From the NCBI GenBank assembly GCA_017654855.1, contig CM030335.1:2356001-2420000 (forward strand): a DNA stretch of 64,000 nucleotides. The letters run 5' to 3'. Positions 60,168-64,000 of the stretch are shown here, one piece after another (position 1 is the stretch's first letter; each line of letters starts with the position of its first letter). A model generated the notes under the pieces. That model searched no databases. It saw nothing but the letters and a program-made list of their open reading frames with translations, and was not told where the DNA came from. The position numbers were made by a program, and so were the translations under genes. This DNA comes from Podospora anserina. Lineage: Eukaryota.

Positions 60168-62211
60168 ATGAAGCGCAAACTCAACCAAGACGACGAGCCA
60201 CCAGCGGCCGATGCGGCCGCCGTTGCCGAACCAGAAAAGAAAAAGGAAAAAAAGGAAAAGAAAGAAAAGAAGGCGGTCGAGGAAGAAAAAGAGCTGAGCT
60301 TCGCCGAGCTGGGACTAGATCCCAGATTGGTCCAGGCGGTTGCGAAGCTCGGGTTTGAGAAGCCGACCTTGGTGCAGAGGAGAGCGATCCCGCTTGCGCT
60401 CAATGGGGAGGATGTTCTCTGCAAGGCCAAGACGGGGAGTGGGAAGACGGCGGCGTATGTGCTGCCTGTGTTGCAGGGGATTTTGGGGAGGAAGAAGGTA
60501 CGTTTTCTCGGGGGAAAGGGGAGGAGGGATTGGAAGGGAATGCTAATCTTGGGGGGGTGGGGGGGGGAATGATAGACCGATAACACACCCACCACGGCGG
60601 GCCTGATCCTCGTACCGACGCGCGAACTCGCCGACCAAGTCCACAAGGCGATCGAGGAGTTTTCGGCCTTTTGCGCAAAGGATGTGACGGCGGCGAAGCT
60701 GACGGAGAATGTTTCTGATGCTGTTCAGAGGAGCTTGTTGGCCAACGTGCCGGATGTGGTTGTTTCCACGCCTGCCCGGGCGTGGAAGAGTGTCGACTCG
60801 GGCGCGCTTTCGGTCGCGAATCTTCAGTACCTTGTGCTTGACGAGGCGGATCTTGTCTTGTCTTATGGGTATGATGAGGACATGGAGAATCTGGCGAGGT
60901 CGATGCCGAAGGGGGTGCAGACTACCATGATGTCTGCGACACTTTTGTCGGCGGAGCTGGACACGCTGAAGGGGATTTTCTGCAGGAACCCGACGCTGCT
61001 GGATTTGAAGGAGGAGTTTGGGGAGGAGGATGAGAAGTTGACGCAGTATTATGTCAGGACCGGGGAGGATGACAAGTGGCTGATTACCTACTTGATCTTT
61101 AAGCTGCAGCTGATCAAGGGGCCTTGCTTGATTTTTGTGGCGGATATCGACAGGAGTTATCGGCTGAAGCTGTTTTTTGAGCAGTTTTCTATCAGGAGCT
61201 GTATCCTCAACTCGGAGCTGCCGGTCAACACGAGGATCAAGGTGATTGAGGAGTTTAACAAGGGGATTTATGATATTATTATTGCTAGCGATGAGAGGAG
61301 TGAGGTTTTTGGGGATGAGAAGGAGGAGGAGACGAAGGAAGAGGGGGAAGGGGAAGAGAAGAAGGGAAAGAAGAAGGGGGGGAGGAAGGGGAAGAGGGAT
61401 GAGGAGTATGGTGTTTCGAGAGGCATCGACTTCAAGAATGTGGCTGCAGTTGTCAACTTTGACCTGCCCACGTCTGCGTCATCATATACCCACAGGATTG
61501 GGAGGACGGCGAGAGCGGGGAGGACGGGGATTGCGATGTCGTTCGTGGTGCCGAAGGAGTTGTTTGGGAAGCACAAGCCGACGTCGATAAAGAGCTGCGA
61601 GAAGGATGAGAAAGTGCTGGCCAAGATTGTGAGGGCGCAGGGGAAGATGAATCGGAAGTTGGAGCCGTATAATTTCAGCAAGGAGCAGATGGAGGCGTTT
61701 AGGTATCGGATGAACGATGGTGTGTTTGCCCTCTTTCTGCTCTAACTAAAGCCATCACACTGACATTATCTAGCCCTCCGCGCGGTAACAAAGGTGGCGA
61801 TCAGAGAAGCGAGGACGAGGGAACTGAGGCAGGAGCTGTTGAGGAGTGAGACTTTGAAGAGGTATGTATTGCCCTTTTGCTCCCCCAATCAGTAGCAATT
61901 GCTAATTTTCTGTTGATAGATACTTTGAGGAAAACCCCGCCGAGCTCTCCCACCTCCGTCACGACGGCGAGCTGGGCCACAAGGCGAGACAGCAGGCCCA
62001 TCTGAAGCACGTCCCTGATTATCTTTTGCCCAAGGAGGCAAAGAAGGAGATCACGAAGGGGTCGGTCGGGTTTGTGCCGTTTAAGAAGGTGGACAAGGAC
62101 AAGAAGCACAGGGGCAAGTTTGGGGCGAAGGGGAAGGGGAGGTCGTTCAAGGTTGGTGGGGGGAGGAAGGGGGATCCGTTGAAGACGTTCAAGGTCAGGA
62201 GGAAAAAGTGA
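60168..62211 (+). CDS. DBP9: DEAD-box RNA helicase Dbp9 (DDX56). Exons 60168-60497, 60576-61719, 61774-61861, 61920-62211
   Basis: [54 protein letters not shown] and HLKHVPDYL. Confidence 0.96.
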
Positions 62212-63249
62212 TGAGCACGAGGACACGAGCGAGTGGGTGAGGCTGAGGGCTATGTGGTTAAAAAAGAGATGAGTTTATACCATGTGGCATTTTGTTGAGT
62301 TCTGTGTATAATGGGAATTTCTCTTGTTTTCTGACAGGATCAAGACAGATCTTGTGACAGATTTCATTCGGCTTTGAGGGGTATGGTAAGTTTGGCACAG
62401 AAGTCCGAGGGGCATAGAAGACGTCTGTTCTTTGAATCATTTCTTTTTGCTTGGACTTGAACTTGATACTCTTTCATCTCATGGATGGATCGGATCAAAC
62501 CATCAATCACAATCTCATCTGAGTTGACTCGGGGCCAGAACAAACACATCAAACCAGATCAGAAAGTTCGCTCTCACCACTCAACACAATGCCACCATCA
62601 TCAAACCAAGAATACCATGACACCCCTCAACGAGCCTACCAATCCCACTACCCCCCACTCCTCAATCCACCACCACCACCATCATTTCCAGGGTCACCCG
62701 ACCCAAACCAACCACCCGCCTTCCATTGATCAACACCTCCAGAAGGGGGATGTCCCAACAACAAGGCCGACCTCGGAACACGTGAAGACGGCTTCAGTTC
62801 ATTCCACAGGAGCTAACGGGTCCTCATTGATTGCCTTTTATCACAACCTCGTCATGCACTTTCTGCAAACCGTTATCCGTGTTGAGAGTCGCGGTAAGGG
62901 CGGAGATGGCTTGGCCATTGATGCAAGTCGAGACAGGCTGAGAGGTAGGCTGAGTGGCGGGTGTACTGGCATTGAATTGGTACCGATGCTTGTGCCCTTT
63001 GGAGTGCCACCGAGAGGAGGATGGGTAGGTAAAGAGGTAGTGGGGGGGGGGCGCTGGTAAGACATGTAAGGGGCTCTGTAAAGGTTCTCTCTTGATGAAA
63101 GCCCCTCTTCACCCTTTTGAAGATTTTCTCTCCCATTCTTCTCTCCGGCAACATTTCGCCAATCCAGTCTCCATCAGCCGTGGCCACACTTCCTTCAGCT
63201 TACACCAGTCATTCGCATAGTCGGGTACAATATCCCGCCCATACCGAGC

Positions 63250-63367
63250 ATACCTTTACTATAATAATGTACTAAAAGACCTTTAAAGAAAGTCAATAAG
63301 CCTTTGAATTATCTTTAAAGGCCTATTAACTATCGTTGAAAGTCTGGTAGTCATCCTTCAAGGTATG
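63250..63367 (+). repeat. Partial copy of the same dispersed repeat family as 3673-3760 and 12861-13167
   Basis: Shares TACTATAATAA and AGGCCTATTAACTATC..ATCCTTCAAGG blocks with the other copies. Confidence 0.7.
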
Positions 63368-63725
63368 GTTCGCAATAAAATATGGGCCAACAGATTTTGT
63401 GTGTGTGTTGTCAATCATTTCGGTGCAGGGTGCTCAGTGAAAAAGGGGGGAGGAAAAAAGGGAGAAGAACAGTGGGCAGGGGGCAGTGAAAGGGGATATA
63501 GATAAGAGGTTATGTTTCATCATGAATGTTTACGTCTCTTTTGCACCACCACCATCATCATCATCATCATCCCACATCTTATATACTCCGCGAAACCAAA
63601 CATGAATTGAAGCCATAAAAGAATAAGAGATATCATAATATAGGGGGTATCATCATCAACAAGTACACGCTCAATTTCACAAACCACAACACCCACACCC
63701 ACACCCACACCCACACCCACTCACT

Positions 63726-64000
63726 CTACGCCTCAGCCCCTCTTCTCCCCTCAACCTCATCACTCCTCACCCTCCTCAAAACCAACTTCTCCCCCCGTCC
63801 AAAGCACCCCAGACAAAGCGGCAACGGCACCGCAACCAAGGCCAAAACCGCATGAAAAACCAACGCCCTCTCCATCTTTCCTCCTTCTCCCTTCAGCGCA
63901 CCACTCACAACAATGAATATCCCCCCCAACACCTGTCCCCCGCTCCAGGCTAACGTGCTCGTAACCTCGGGACTGATCGGATGCGTCAGCTCAACCAAAA
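63726..64000 (-). CDS. C-terminus of an MFS transporter (FLVCR/MFSD7-like); gene begins beyond the window
   Basis: [30 protein letters not shown], then a final TM helix and a stop codon. Confidence 0.8.
   Translation of the reverse strand, partial: LVELTHPISPEVTSTLAWSGGQVLGGIFIVVSGALKGEGGKMERALVFHAVLALVAVPLPLCLGCFGRGEKLVLRRVRSDEVEGRRGAEA

Overview
Eukaryotic, intron-containing fungal DNA of Sordariomycete type. Short GT..AG introns with CTAAC/CTGAC branch sites, RIP-like AT-rich relics and strong intragenic C-to-G skew switches suggest Podospora or a close relative (inference). The window is mostly a conserved housekeeping block: NOT1 (5' part), ETF-ubiquinone oxidoreductase, a single-pass membrane protein, a Pro-rich protein, a BCS1-like AAA ATPase, ERG13, a peroxisomal (SKL) alpha/beta-hydrolase, tRNA-Val(AAC), a CCDC174-like gene, HOM6, TRM8, MDM1-type sorting nexin, an SR splicing factor, DBP9 and the end of an MFS transporter. 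The most interesting items are: (1) a ~1259-aa gene fusing an NLR-effector-type (SesB/SERAC1-like) alpha/beta-hydrolase to a fungal CorA-like membrane domain with no NACHT/NB-ARC in between, next to solo-LTR and RIP debris; (2) an accessory island at ~41.7-48 kb with a GNAT, a secreted Cys-rich Y3-like protein, a frameshifted HET-family relic and a possible SET relic; (3) an SR gene with a 6-nt microexon and a long intron splitting the SWQ|DLKD motif; (4) a MITE-like repeat family with at least three copies; (5) an ORF-less stretch at 38.4-41.7 kb with transcript-like signatures. All exon boundaries were read by eye from splice consensus and reading frame. No database searches were run.
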